A stretch of DNA of 64,000 nucleotides from a virus. Below the pieces are notes generated by a model. That model searched no databases. It was not told where the DNA came from and saw only the letters and a list, made by a program, of their open reading frames with translations. A program made the translations under genes and the position numbers. The DNA is taken from positions 16,484 through 80,483 of the IMG/VR virus record IMGVR_UViG_3300030101_002616. The stretch is one strand, 5' to 3'. Numbering within the stretch: the first letter of the stretch is position 1; each line of letters starts with the position of its first letter. Shown in pieces: positions 29,527-40,200 of this stretch.

Positions 29527-31909
29527 GTTAAGACCATATGTTAGTGTTTATAGAGATCCAGGATCTGTACAAATAAACACACTACAAAGACAAAAGTTTC
29601 AACAAGCGTTTAATGCTGATGATGCTTTAGCAGGTGCAGTAGATCAAATGAAGGCTGCAGAATTTGAGGGAGATAAAGCTCTTAAAATGGAACTTGAACA
29701 AAACACTAGAGGTCAATTACAAGACAGAGCGGGTCGTGGTGATTATGAAACTATGACGATGGACGTAGCTAAAAGTGCAAGAAATTTTGAGCAGCAGTAT
29801 GCCCCTATAAATGCTAACTATGAAATATATCAAAACTATAAAAAAACTTTAGATGAGGATTACAAGAAAGGTGACATAGATGCATTTACTTATAGAAGAT
29901 CTTTAGATGCATCCAAGTATAACTATGAAGGGTTACAAAAGAATGAAGATGGAAGTATAGATGATGGTAGCTACTTTAAAGGGTATAACTATGTAAAGGA
30001 TGTAGACATACAAGGAAAAATGTCTGAACTAATGAAAGATCATGCTGTTAAAAAATATGGCAAAGATGTGCAAGTAATTAGTGAGGATGGTAACTACTAT
30101 ATTACTGATGGGTTTTCAAGAGAAACTATACCTGACACTGAGGTAGCTATGGTATTTAACAATCTTATTGCTCAACCTGATGTAGCTGCTTATCTTAATC
30201 AAAAGGCAGAGTTAAGTACTTTTGATATGACAGATGAGGATATTAGAAGTTCTCTAACTCGTAAACTGTATGGAGATGATGATCCAGAATCAGAAGACAA
30301 AGGTCTAATAGGACTGAGAGATAAAGCTATAGCTGCTGGAGATGATAAGTTAGCAGCTGACTACGATGTAATGATAAAAGAAGCTCAAGGCCTTTTACAA
30401 AATGCAGGCGTAGAAACTGAAGATGAAATGATTGCTAAGCGTAGAGACTATATCAAAGGTTCAGTTTTACAATCTGAAGCAAAAAGAGAACTAGATGTAT
30501 CTATAACTAGATTTGCATTTGATAATAGAGAGGTTAACAAAGCAATAAAGTATAGTGAAAAGTGGACAGCAGATTATGGCAAGTTCTTAGATATTTATCA
30601 GCCAGACATCTTAAAGAGAACTGGTGTTAGTGAGATAAGCAATCCTGGTGGAAACAATCCTTCAGCAATAAATGATTATATAAACGGACAGCTTCAAATA
30701 GAAGTAAATGAAGTAAATGCGTTTAATACTTTATACGCTGATGTATTAAAAGGTAGAAAGGTAACTGCTGAAGACATACTAAGTGGTAATGTGCCTGATG
30801 AACTTAAACAAGGAGATGTATATCAGAAACATAGAGATAAAATAATTCTATCCAGAACTCAAAGGTATCTGCAAAACAATCTATTAGACAAGGCAGACAA
30901 AGAAGCAGGAAGCGAATTTAAAGAAGAATTCTTAACTAGTAATTTAGATAGAAATGACCTTACTGGTCAAGACTTACTAGAGAAAGCTAGAGAAGTAACT
31001 GGAAATAGTAACCTAACTTTAATTGAGCTTGGATCTATAATGTCAGATGCTGCAGAACTTACTGCTTACAGCACTCGAAGAAGTGAAGCTATTAGTTTTG
31101 CTGCGGGAGACACTAAAACTGAAGAAGAGTTGAATAAACTTAGAAAGTCTAGAGATATTAAGAATCAAATATATGATGCACTTAATATAAGTAATTTCCA
31201 ACAAGCTGGTATAACAAGCTCATTTAGAGACTTAACTGATAAATATACAGATGGCGTAGAGGATTGGTTAGAAAATAATGCTAAGATTAATGTGGGAGAT
31301 TGGACAGCAAACAACTTCCCAGCTTTAGATAATCCTGCAAAAATTGCAGAAGTTACAGCTTATGTAAAACAATACTTTACTGGTAATGATAAAGGAGGAG
31401 GAGCAGGTAAGCCACTAGATCCAACATTTAAGATTTTCTATGATGGTAAAAAACAAGAAGGCACAGGAACTGTTGGAAGCTTCTTAGAAGATATGGAGTG
31501 GAAGAGTAAAGATGTAAAGGTTGTAGATGTAATGTTTGATCAAACTCCTTACATGGGAGAACCTACACTTCAATTAACAGTTAAAGGTGAAGAAGGGGAG
31601 TCTGGAGTTATTATACTACCATATAGTAATATACAAAATGATCAGATGGATCAGTACTTCCAACTTCCTGGATTTAGATTACAGCAAGAGCTTATGATGC
31701 ATAAACAAGCTAGGGCAGATAATGCTACTATAGGTTTATATGATAAAAAGACTGGAGCATTGGCAAGTCAAATGACTGTAACTTTTGATACAGACAGAGG
31801 AGATGTAGCATTAATAGATGGTAATTATTATCGTTTAGGTAGTAAGGAATTCTTGAAAATGATGGACAGTAACGCAGCTAATTTTGAGTTCAGAACAATA
31901 ACATATTAG
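29513..31909 (+). CDS. Virion cargo/ejection protein
   Basis: Start at 29513 (MSRYKLRPYVSVY); helical; no Cys seen. Confidence 0.55.
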   Translation: MSRYKLRPYVSVYRDPGSVQINTLQRQKFQQAFNADDALAGAVDQMKAAEFEGDKALKMELEQNTRGQLQDRAGRGDYETMTMDVAKSARNFEQQYAPINANYEIYQNYKKTLDEDYKKGDIDAFTYRRSLDASKYNYEGLQKNEDGSIDDGSYFKGYNYVKDVDIQGKMSELMKDHAVKKYGKDVQVISEDGNYYITDGFSRETIPDTEVAMVFNNLIAQPDVAAYLNQKAELSTFDMTDEDIRSSLTRKLYGDDDPESEDKGLIGLRDKAIAAGDDKLAADYDVMIKEAQGLLQNAGVETEDEMIAKRRDYIKGSVLQSEAKRELDVSITRFAFDNREVNKAIKYSEKWTADYGKFLDIYQPDILKRTGVSEISNPGGNNPSAINDYINGQLQIEVNEVNAFNTLYADVLKGRKVTAEDILSGNVPDELKQGDVYQKHRDKIILSRTQRYLQNNLLDKADKEAGSEFKEEFLTSNLDRNDLTGQDLLEKAREVTGNSNLTLIELGSIMSDAAELTAYSTRRSEAISFAAGDTKTEEELNKLRKSRDIKNQIYDALNISNFQQAGITSSFRDLTDKYTDGVEDWLENNAKINVGDWTANNFPALDNPAKIAEVTAYVKQYFTGNDKGGGAGKPLDPTFKIFYDGKKQEGTGTVGSFLEDMEWKSKDVKVVDVMFDQTPYMGEPTLQLTVKGEEGESGVIILPYSNIQNDQMDQYFQLPGFRLQQELMMHKQARADNATIGLYDKKTGALASQMTVTFDTDRGDVALIDGNYYRLGSKEFLKMMDSNAANFEFRTITY

Positions 31910-31910
31910 A

Positions 31911-34900
31911 ATGTCAGAAGAAATTAATCCATTAACCCAACTGCCATATGATGGCGACGCTACAATAGATGCCACTTCTGGTACTGCTGTAGAAATAAAT
32001 CCTCTAACAAAGCAGGCCTATGCTCCAACTACCTCTTATGAGAGTAAAATGAATCAACGTGGACTATCTACTATCTATCAAGATGATCGTGACATAGATC
32101 GTTTTAGAAAGTATAATGTTCCTAGAGGACAGCTGTTAGACTGGGAAGAGATTCGAGCTATGAATCAAACTACTGCAGATAAGTGGGGTAATGGTTTAGC
32201 AAAGATGGGGGTTACCGCTTTAGGAGCTGCAGCAGAAAATACTTTAGGTATACTATTTGGTCTAGGTGAAATGGCATTTGGTAGTGGTGTTTACTATGAT
32301 AATACGGTAGGTAAAGCTGTAGATAATACAAATGCTTGGATGCAGGAAAACATGCCTAACTACTACACAAGAGAAGAACAGAACATGAGCACTTTCAGTA
32401 AGCTAGGAACTGCAAACTTTTGGGCAGATACTTTTGCAAATGGGATAGGATACTCTTTAGGTTCTATTGCATCTATGTATCTTACAGGAGGTAGAGGAAT
32501 AATAGGTCTAGGTGCTAAAGGTGTACAGGCTTTAAGTAAAGCTAAACAAGCAAAAGCACTATACGATTCTACAAAAGCTGTTATAAATGGAACTAAACTG
32601 TCAAGACAGTTAAGTAAAGGGGCCAGCGCATTATCAAAATTTAAAAGACATGGGCAGGTATTAGATGCAGGTCTTATGATGTCTTTAGGAGAAGCTTCTG
32701 TAGAGGCAAGACAAAATCTTAATGATACAAGAGAAGCGCTGTTAGCTATTCATATGGAAAGAGAGGGTATTACAGACCCTGCAGATGTATCCGCAGAAGA
32801 TAGAAGAGAGATAGAAAGAATAGCCATTGCTTCAGGCAACACACACTTTGCAGCTCAACTACCAGTTCTTATGGGCACTAATCTAATGATGTTTGGTAAA
32901 CAGGTATCAGGATTTAGAGCTGCTCAAAGAGCTAGTAAAGATGTATCATTCATTGAGGCAACTCGTAAAGCTGTAAGTAAATATGCTAATGATGGTTTTT
33001 GGAAGGGCACGGCAAGAAGACTTACACCTGCAGCTAAAAATGCTGCGGAAGAGGCTTTCCAAGAAGGTTTTCAATTTGCATCAGGAGTATTTGCTAGTAA
33101 CTATCACACTGCAAAATATAAAAACAATGGTGTAGGAGATATGATGGCTGCATTAAATGAATCATTATCTGAGACATTTGGATCACAAGAAGGTTTAGAA
33201 TCTATATTAGTTGGAGCTTTGACTGGTAAAGTAATGGGAGCAGGTCAATCTATACTTAGTAAAGAGGTATCTACTAGAAAGGCAAACGCTCAAAGACTAG
33301 CTGACTTTATCAATGCTGGACTTCTTGACAATGTTCAAAATTCAATAATAAACTCTTCAGCACAGTCTGATGCAATGAAAAGAATGCAAGCCGCATTAGA
33401 GCGTAATGATCACAAAGCTTTTAAAGATGCACAGTTTGACCTTATATCTTACAACGCACTATATGCTTTAGAAACTGGAGGATTTGAACTGTTCAAAGAA
33501 AAGCTAGAAGATTCTAAGAATCTATCTGATGAAGAGTTTGCAAAACAGTTTAACATTACAGACAAGAATGGAGATCCATTAGATATTGTAAAGGCTACTG
33601 GAAAAACCAAAGCAAAAACCATTGAAGATTTACAAAAGAAACTTGACAACTTTGAAAAAATATATAATAATGTAAGTGATAGATTTGCATTGCCAGATAA
33701 AACTAGTGGACTGCCTAGAGCTCTGATGTCTGAAGAACAAAGAAAAGCTGAGGACCAAACATATGAGAATAGAGCTAGATTACGTAATCAGTTAATATTA
33801 TCAGGGGCTGCACTACAAGATAGAAATCGTAGAATGGAAAGCATCCAGGATAACATGTCAGAGATTATTGCAAACTCTTTGGCAGGTATTGGTGCTACAG
33901 GTAGAGACAAGTTAAACATAGATAAGATTCTTAATGAGTTTTCTATATTCCAAACAGAGCCCGGTGAAGCTGATGCTAAGGACTATGATCCAGACGCAAG
34001 ATTTCAAAAGCTAAGAGAAAACTTATTAACTGCTATTGCAGAAGTAAGTAGGATAGATCCTATTGCTGCAGAGGCTTTAACAGAGCAGGCAAAAGATTAT
34101 GTAGCTCTGGCCCAAGAAACAATAGAAGGACTAGATACTTACAATAAACTTGCATCAGATCCATATGCACAAGCAGAGTTTCAAAGACGAACAGAGGAAC
34201 AAGAAAAAGCAACACAGGCTAGAGAGCGTGCTAAGATGTTAAAGGAGAAGACAGATAAAGCAGAGACATCTGATGACATGAACGAAGCATTAAAAGATGC
34301 AACAGATGATGAGTCTAGAGTACATCTTAAGAAAAAGAATGAGCTTATAGCGAAAGAGAACAGTCTTAAAAAAGACTTTATTGCTAAGGCTAAAGGTGCA
34401 ACTCGTAAAGAAAAGATAGAAGACTTAGAAAAGAAAGATAAAACTAAGCTAACTCCTATACAAAAGAAAGCACTTAACTTAGCTATTGGAGAGTTGAAGA
34501 GACAAGATCAAGCTCAACAGGTAGATAAAGTAGAAGTAAAACCAGTAGACAATTCAGAAGACAATCTAGCACAAGAGGATCAAGGTACCCAGAATGTAGA
34601 AGAAGCATTTAATCCTGATAATATAGGAAAGATAGAAGCTGTATCTGAAGACGGTAGAACATTCCAAATAGATGGTGAAAACTTTTACAATAGATTTGAC
34701 AATCCTTTAGATGCTGTAAAAAGAGATGGTGCAACAGATGAAATCTATGCAGTAGTTCTTGAGGATGAGGATGGTAATACACATACAATACAAGGTCCTG
34801 AGTCTAGAGTAGACGCTCTTGCATATGGTATAATCATGTCAGAGTTATACAAAATAGAAGGTCAGACTACCTTAGACAGAGAAGCAGCTGAAATAAATGA

Positions 34901-37259
34901 AAACGCAATAGCTGAAAAAACTGATAAACTTGCTAAAACAGGTGTGCATGGTAAGAAAAATGATGCAACTCTTAGGTACGAAATATATAAACTTAGAAGA
35001 CTACAAGAGGCTTTATTAGAAAACAGAGACATAATAAGAACCTTGATGATTCAAGACGGCGCATCTAAAACAAAATTAAAAAACGATCGTGCTTTAAAAA
35101 GAATGTCTAAGAAGAATAGATCTTTAGCTAAACAAATCAGTGATAGAAAAAAAGTTCTTAGAGCTAGAGGGAAGTCAATTGGATTAAATCCTAATGAGTT
35201 TATAATGGTAGAGGGTCAAGCTATTGATGCTATTAAAGATACTGAGAAGTTAATACGAGATACTAAGAATGATATTACACGATTAGAGAAAGATGTAGAG
35301 CAACTAACTCAAGACAGAGAAAGATATATAGAGGGTAGGGATACAGAGTCTGCAGAGGCTGCAGCTAGAGATTTACAAGTAGCACAACAAGAGTTAGAAG
35401 ATAGAAAAAAAGATTTAGCTGAAGGTAAAGCTATCTTAGAACTAGAAAAAAATAATTTAAAAAGATTACAAAATGAAGAAGAAGGTAGGATTCCAAGAGA
35501 TGCAGAACAAGTTGCCGAAGGAAGTACAGGAGAAGCTAAAAGGAAAGTCGATGAAGGAGAAGATTCAAATAGGGCTGAAGCTGTTGAAGAAGAGGGGACT
35601 CCTGTAGAAGAAACTGCAGAGCCCAGAGATGTAGATGAGAAGGCTATAGAAAAATCATTGAATGATAAACAGTCTGTAGATAAAGCTAAAACACCTGCCA
35701 GTACTGCTGCGCCTGGTGTGCCTCTAAAAGATGATGAGGTAGTTGTAGATAGAGTACAGCTAATGCCTCCTGCAGAAGGACCAACACTTGGTGAAGCTTT
35801 ACAACAAGAAGCAAAGCCCCCCGTACAGGGTGACAACCTTCCAATGAAAAGTGCAATGGATGATCCTACTATTGGAAGAGGAGATACAAAAATACGTGTA
35901 AATGAAGAAGGTATACCCTTTGATAATACAGATGAGCTTGAACAAAGAATGGGTCTTAAAAGCTTACGTGTTGGGGATGAGGTAGAGTTTGTAATAATAG
36001 AAAACGACTTCTTTGTAGAAAACCATAAAGGTAAAGATACTGAGTTAGAATACTTACCAATATACTATCAAAAGAATGGTGTAATATTAGGTAAGCTACA
36101 GAGATCTACTAGTCAAGAAAAAGCTGAAATAGTAAGAAGACTTCGTGCGGGAGAGAGAGTAACAACTAGAGTATCCGAAGTATTTGCTCCTAACTACAAC
36201 AATGCAAGAATGTCTACACCAGACGGCACTGTAAAATACTTCTATGATCCTAGAGAAAGTTTAGGACAACAACCAATACTTGTATTCTCTGTTGTAGATG
36301 AAGATATACAGCAGCTAGTTGCACCACAAGATCCAGATGTAAACCTATCTTCAATAGATACTAGTAACATAGGAACAGGTCAAGTAGCATTTTTAATACC
36401 AAGTTCTGAGGTCCCCGGTGGACAAACAACTATATCTGTAGGTAGTACAGCTACACTTTCCTCAGCAGCGGTAGATACCACTATTGACCTTCTATCAAAA
36501 GGAGACTTAGAAGGAGCTGCAGAAATAGTTGCAACTAGTTCAGAAGTAGATAGAACATTATCATCAACAAAACGATCACATCTAGAGCTTTTAGAATTTA
36601 AGACAGAGGAGCAGGTAGTAGACAAAGTAGATTTAACTACTGGACAAAGTGTTGCATCTTCTGCCCCTGATAACAAAAGTATAGTATACTATAGTCCTAC
36701 TGCAAACAGACTAGTAAAAATTTCAAATAACAACTTTAAAAAAGCAATAGCAAATCAACCTTTTAAATTAAGTTTTGTTGAGGTTGTTGATGGTCAGTAT
36801 AAAACTAAAGGTGCTCCGGATGCAGAGTACAATAAAGTAAAAGATAATTTTCAAAAAGATTTTAGAGATCTTCTAAGTTCAAAAAAATATCAAGTTAGTA
36901 GAGATAGAATGCAAGCAGGTAACGCTCCATATACTAGCCGTGTAACTGGTAATAGATATGATAGTTATACTGACTATCTTTTTTCTCTTGAAGAAGGAGC
37001 AGTTAGAGAACAGGGAGCGCTAGGTCATAACTCTATACTTGCAACAGACTTAGTTAGAACAGCTGGTGGATTATTCCATAACCCTGTAGTATCATTTGCA
37101 AAAGAAGACATCTTTGGTAAGAGTACAGAACAAATTTCAGAAAATGTTACCTTTGCATCTTCACCTGAATCTACTGGTAAAACATTTAAAAATAAAATGG
37201 CGTCTCCATTTAGAGGTGATACAGCCAGAGAAGATTTTGATAACGACTGTAAACTATAA
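31911..37259 (+). CDS. Giant ejected protein upstream of vRNAP
   Basis: 1782 aa; N-terminal hydrophobic G/A helices, long coiled coils; single Cys at residue 1780. Confidence 0.6.
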   Translation: MSEEINPLTQLPYDGDATIDATSGTAVEINPLTKQAYAPTTSYESKMNQRGLSTIYQDDRDIDRFRKYNVPRGQLLDWEEIRAMNQTTADKWGNGLAKMGVTALGAAAENTLGILFGLGEMAFGSGVYYDNTVGKAVDNTNAWMQENMPNYYTREEQNMSTFSKLGTANFWADTFANGIGYSLGSIASMYLTGGRGIIGLGAKGVQALSKAKQAKALYDSTKAVINGTKLSRQLSKGASALSKFKRHGQVLDAGLMMSLGEASVEARQNLNDTREALLAIHMEREGITDPADVSAEDRREIERIAIASGNTHFAAQLPVLMGTNLMMFGKQVSGFRAAQRASKDVSFIEATRKAVSKYANDGFWKGTARRLTPAAKNAAEEAFQEGFQFASGVFASNYHTAKYKNNGVGDMMAALNESLSETFGSQEGLESILVGALTGKVMGAGQSILSKEVSTRKANAQRLADFINAGLLDNVQNSIINSSAQSDAMKRMQAALERNDHKAFKDAQFDLISYNALYALETGGFELFKEKLEDSKNLSDEEFAKQFNITDKNGDPLDIVKATGKTKAKTIEDLQKKLDNFEKIYNNVSDRFALPDKTSGLPRALMSEEQRKAEDQTYENRARLRNQLILSGAALQDRNRRMESIQDNMSEIIANSLAGIGATGRDKLNIDKILNEFSIFQTEPGEADAKDYDPDARFQKLRENLLTAIAEVSRIDPIAAEALTEQAKDYVALAQETIEGLDTYNKLASDPYAQAEFQRRTEEQEKATQARERAKMLKEKTDKAETSDDMNEALKDATDDESRVHLKKKNELIAKENSLKKDFIAKAKGATRKEKIEDLEKKDKTKLTPIQKKALNLAIGELKRQDQAQQVDKVEVKPVDNSEDNLAQEDQGTQNVEEAFNPDNIGKIEAVSEDGRTFQIDGENFYNRFDNPLDAVKRDGATDEIYAVVLEDEDGNTHTIQGPESRVDALAYGIIMSELYKIEGQTTLDREAAEINENAIAEKTDKLAKTGVHGKKNDATLRYEIYKLRRLQEALLENRDIIRTLMIQDGASKTKLKNDRALKRMSKKNRSLAKQISDRKKVLRARGKSIGLNPNEFIMVEGQAIDAIKDTEKLIRDTKNDITRLEKDVEQLTQDRERYIEGRDTESAEAAARDLQVAQQELEDRKKDLAEGKAILELEKNNLKRLQNEEEGRIPRDAEQVAEGSTGEAKRKVDEGEDSNRAEAVEEEGTPVEETAEPRDVDEKAIEKSLNDKQSVDKAKTPASTAAPGVPLKDDEVVVDRVQLMPPAEGPTLGEALQQEAKPPVQGDNLPMKSAMDDPTIGRGDTKIRVNEEGIPFDNTDELEQRMGLKSLRVGDEVEFVIIENDFFVENHKGKDTELEYLPIYYQKNGVILGKLQRSTSQEKAEIVRRLRAGERVTTRVSEVFAPNYNNARMSTPDGTVKYFYDPRESLGQQPILVFSVVDEDIQQLVAPQDPDVNLSSIDTSNIGTGQVAFLIPSSEVPGGQTTISVGSTATLSSAAVDTTIDLLSKGDLEGAAEIVATSSEVDRTLSSTKRSHLELLEFKTEEQVVDKVDLTTGQSVASSAPDNKSIVYYSPTANRLVKISNNNFKKAIANQPFKLSFVEVVDGQYKTKGAPDAEYNKVKDNFQKDFRDLLSSKKYQVSRDRMQAGNAPYTSRVTGNRYDSYTDYLFSLEEGAVREQGALGHNSILATDLVRTAGGLFHNPVVSFAKEDIFGKSTEQISENVTFASSPESTGKTFKNKMASPFRGDTAREDFDNDCKL

Positions 37260-37262
37260 TAT

Positions 37263-40200
37263 ATGGCTTGTAGATATATAAGAAATAAAAACAATAACAT
37301 TACTAGTGCTATAGCTCCTAATGGACAAAGATCAAAGTTGTTTGATTCTTTAGCTACTGCTACAGGTAACATAGATTCTGCTAGAAGTGTATATGAAAAT
37401 CTTTATACAAAACGTGGTAAAGAATTATATGGTGCTGATTTTGAAAACTTTGAAAAGTCACAAGACTTTTTAACTACTGATGACAACGGTGAGCCTATAC
37501 TAGCAGCTGGTAATGGTTTTTACTATATATTAAAAAAGAATGGTAAAGATAGAATAGTATTAAATTTAAAAAGACCAGTTAGACAGGTATCAAGTAACCT
37601 AAGCTTTGAGGAAGAGCGTGAGATAATTGATACCGCTATTAGTTTTGTAAATGATTTACGTGCACAGAACCCAGAATACTTCAAAGATCCTAAAAAAGTT
37701 ACACAGTTTTTTAATGAAAGCAAAGGTAGCAAAGGTATACTAGCAGAGATAATAGCTACAGAAGCTTTTGATGGTATACCAAATACTAAAGAGGGTAGAG
37801 AGTTAGCTGTAAGTTTAGTAAAGATTGGAAAAGAGCGGGGAGAACAAGCAATGTTAGATGCGCTCCCTGAAGGAGTTACATTGATAACTAAAAACGATAG
37901 GGGATATGTAATGCTTAGTGTGTATGACAACTGGAGTGATGAAATTGCAGATGATGGTACAGGTAACTTATCTAAAAAAGGATGGCGTTCCACTATACAA
38001 GAAGGTCTAGAAGAGTATGGACTAGTTCTACGAGATGATATTGGACAACTATTTGACATAGATGATACCCCAATACGTATACATGATGTATCTAGACTAG
38101 AAGAAAATCCAAAAGATAAACTATCTACTACAGTAAAAGCAATTCTTACAGATATTAGAAAGACAGAACCAAACTCGTTAGGATACTTTACAGCAATACC
38201 CTTAGATGAAATTTATGCAGATATGGCTGAAGCTACTGTTAATCAGCCTGATTTTAATAAGCAACTTACAAGACTAGAGTTTATGTCTAAGTATAAACCT
38301 AATCTTGTTCCTGTGGTAGAAACACTAAAAAGATTGGATAGAGAAGGACAAGCTGCAGTCTTTGCAAACTTTGCTAATTCTTATAAAAACTTTATACAGT
38401 TTAAAACTAGAGTAGAAGTAAAAGAATCTGGAACACGAAGTATAATAGAAATGTTTCCTTCTAATCGATCTAACACAGCGCGTATAGCTGCGACAAGATG
38501 GAATAGACAAGCTGCAAAGGACAGAGCTCCTAATGATAGAGCTCTATATCAATTAGATGAGGATGGAAAGAGAAACGTAATAGATAGTAAAAAGTCTGCT
38601 GCAACTACAGCCTATGAAAAACTATCAAAGTATGAAAATGTAAGAAGTATTCCTAATAATGGGATACAGCTAAATCAAGATGGAAACCCTGTTTTAACTG
38701 AAGAACTTGATGCTATAGTAGAAAATCTAAATGATATGCTGTATAATATGAGCATACAATATGGGCCTACAAAAGAAGCATCTGCAGAAAATCTTAAGAA
38801 ATATTTTACAATAGGAGAACCTAGAAAAAATGGATTTGATTTATATAAAGATTTTGTTGCACCTCCTGGAGGAGCATTACAGCTGCAGAAGTTAATAAAA
38901 AGAATTAATAAGAATGAAGATATATTCACAAAAGATAGAGATATAATAAAACATCTAGCATCTATTACTCCATATTTTAAAACACAAGCAGCAGATTCTT
39001 TTCTAAGTGGTGCAGGTAAAACATATTATCCTATTAATCAGTTAACTACTTTGGATGAAATAGTTAATCATGTTAGGTCAGAAGAGTTTACTAAGACAGT
39101 AGAAGATTTTCAGAATACTAGACTTTTTAATCCTAGCAGTGTAGAAACTAACTATAGATCTCAGTTCTTGTTTGCATTAGCAACCAACGATACATTTAAA
39201 GCTAAGTTTATGTCTGAGGTTCTTGACTCTACAAAAACAGCTAATGATTTTGGTATAGGACAAGACTACGAAAGTCAAAACAATAGAACATCTCTTATAG
39301 CTAGACTAAATGCATTTGCTAACAATGAAGATAAAACAGCATTTAAACTAGCGGTATCTACACAGGCAGATAGAAAGCGTATGGATTTTGTTACTATGAT
39401 AAGAATAGACAAATTACCTATTAGTCAGAGAGAAGCTATTAAAGCATTAATAGTTCAAGACCTTGCGGTAATGGATAAAGCAAATCAAGATATTGCTGAG
39501 ATGCCTGCAAACGAATTAATAAAGGGATACCACTATCTTACAGAACCGCAAGCAGCAGACGGCCCTGTATTTACTATGCCTCAGATAGGATTTTTAAAAG
39601 GAGACTATACTTCTGAGTTACGAGACAACATGACTCCGTATCTAGATGGAACACTTGATGAAACAACTAAGGCTAGAATAGATCAAGAAATAGAGTCGCT
39701 AGTTGATAAAGTATATAAACAGTTAGATGTTTATTACGATGGCTTAGTATCTGAGATGAGACGTTTAGATATAGATAATAAAGAGCTAAGAAGCAGTATT
39801 AGAAATGAGGCAGATCTAAAAAATTTCATAATAAATGATTTCTATGGTAGAATAGAGTTTAATAAACTTTCCCGTGGCGGTATGTCATTTGCTCAAAAAG
39901 GACCTAAAGATTATTACAAACGTATGAAGGGTATTAATACTCCTGGTACAAAACTAGCAATAAAAGGAAGCTTGGATGCAGATCCTAACTATGGCATGAT
40001 GCCTACCTATAATGCTATTACTATAGCTAAATTAGATTTTCAGGACCGTGCAAAAGCATTAAAAATTGCAGATGACATAAATAATAATCTTCAGGATGCA
40101 GGTCTAACAGAGACAGAAGCAAATGAGATAGCTTTACAATATGGAAGTGTAGATAAAGGTGATGCGCAGAGTTTTATATCTCTGGATATGTACCGAGGTA

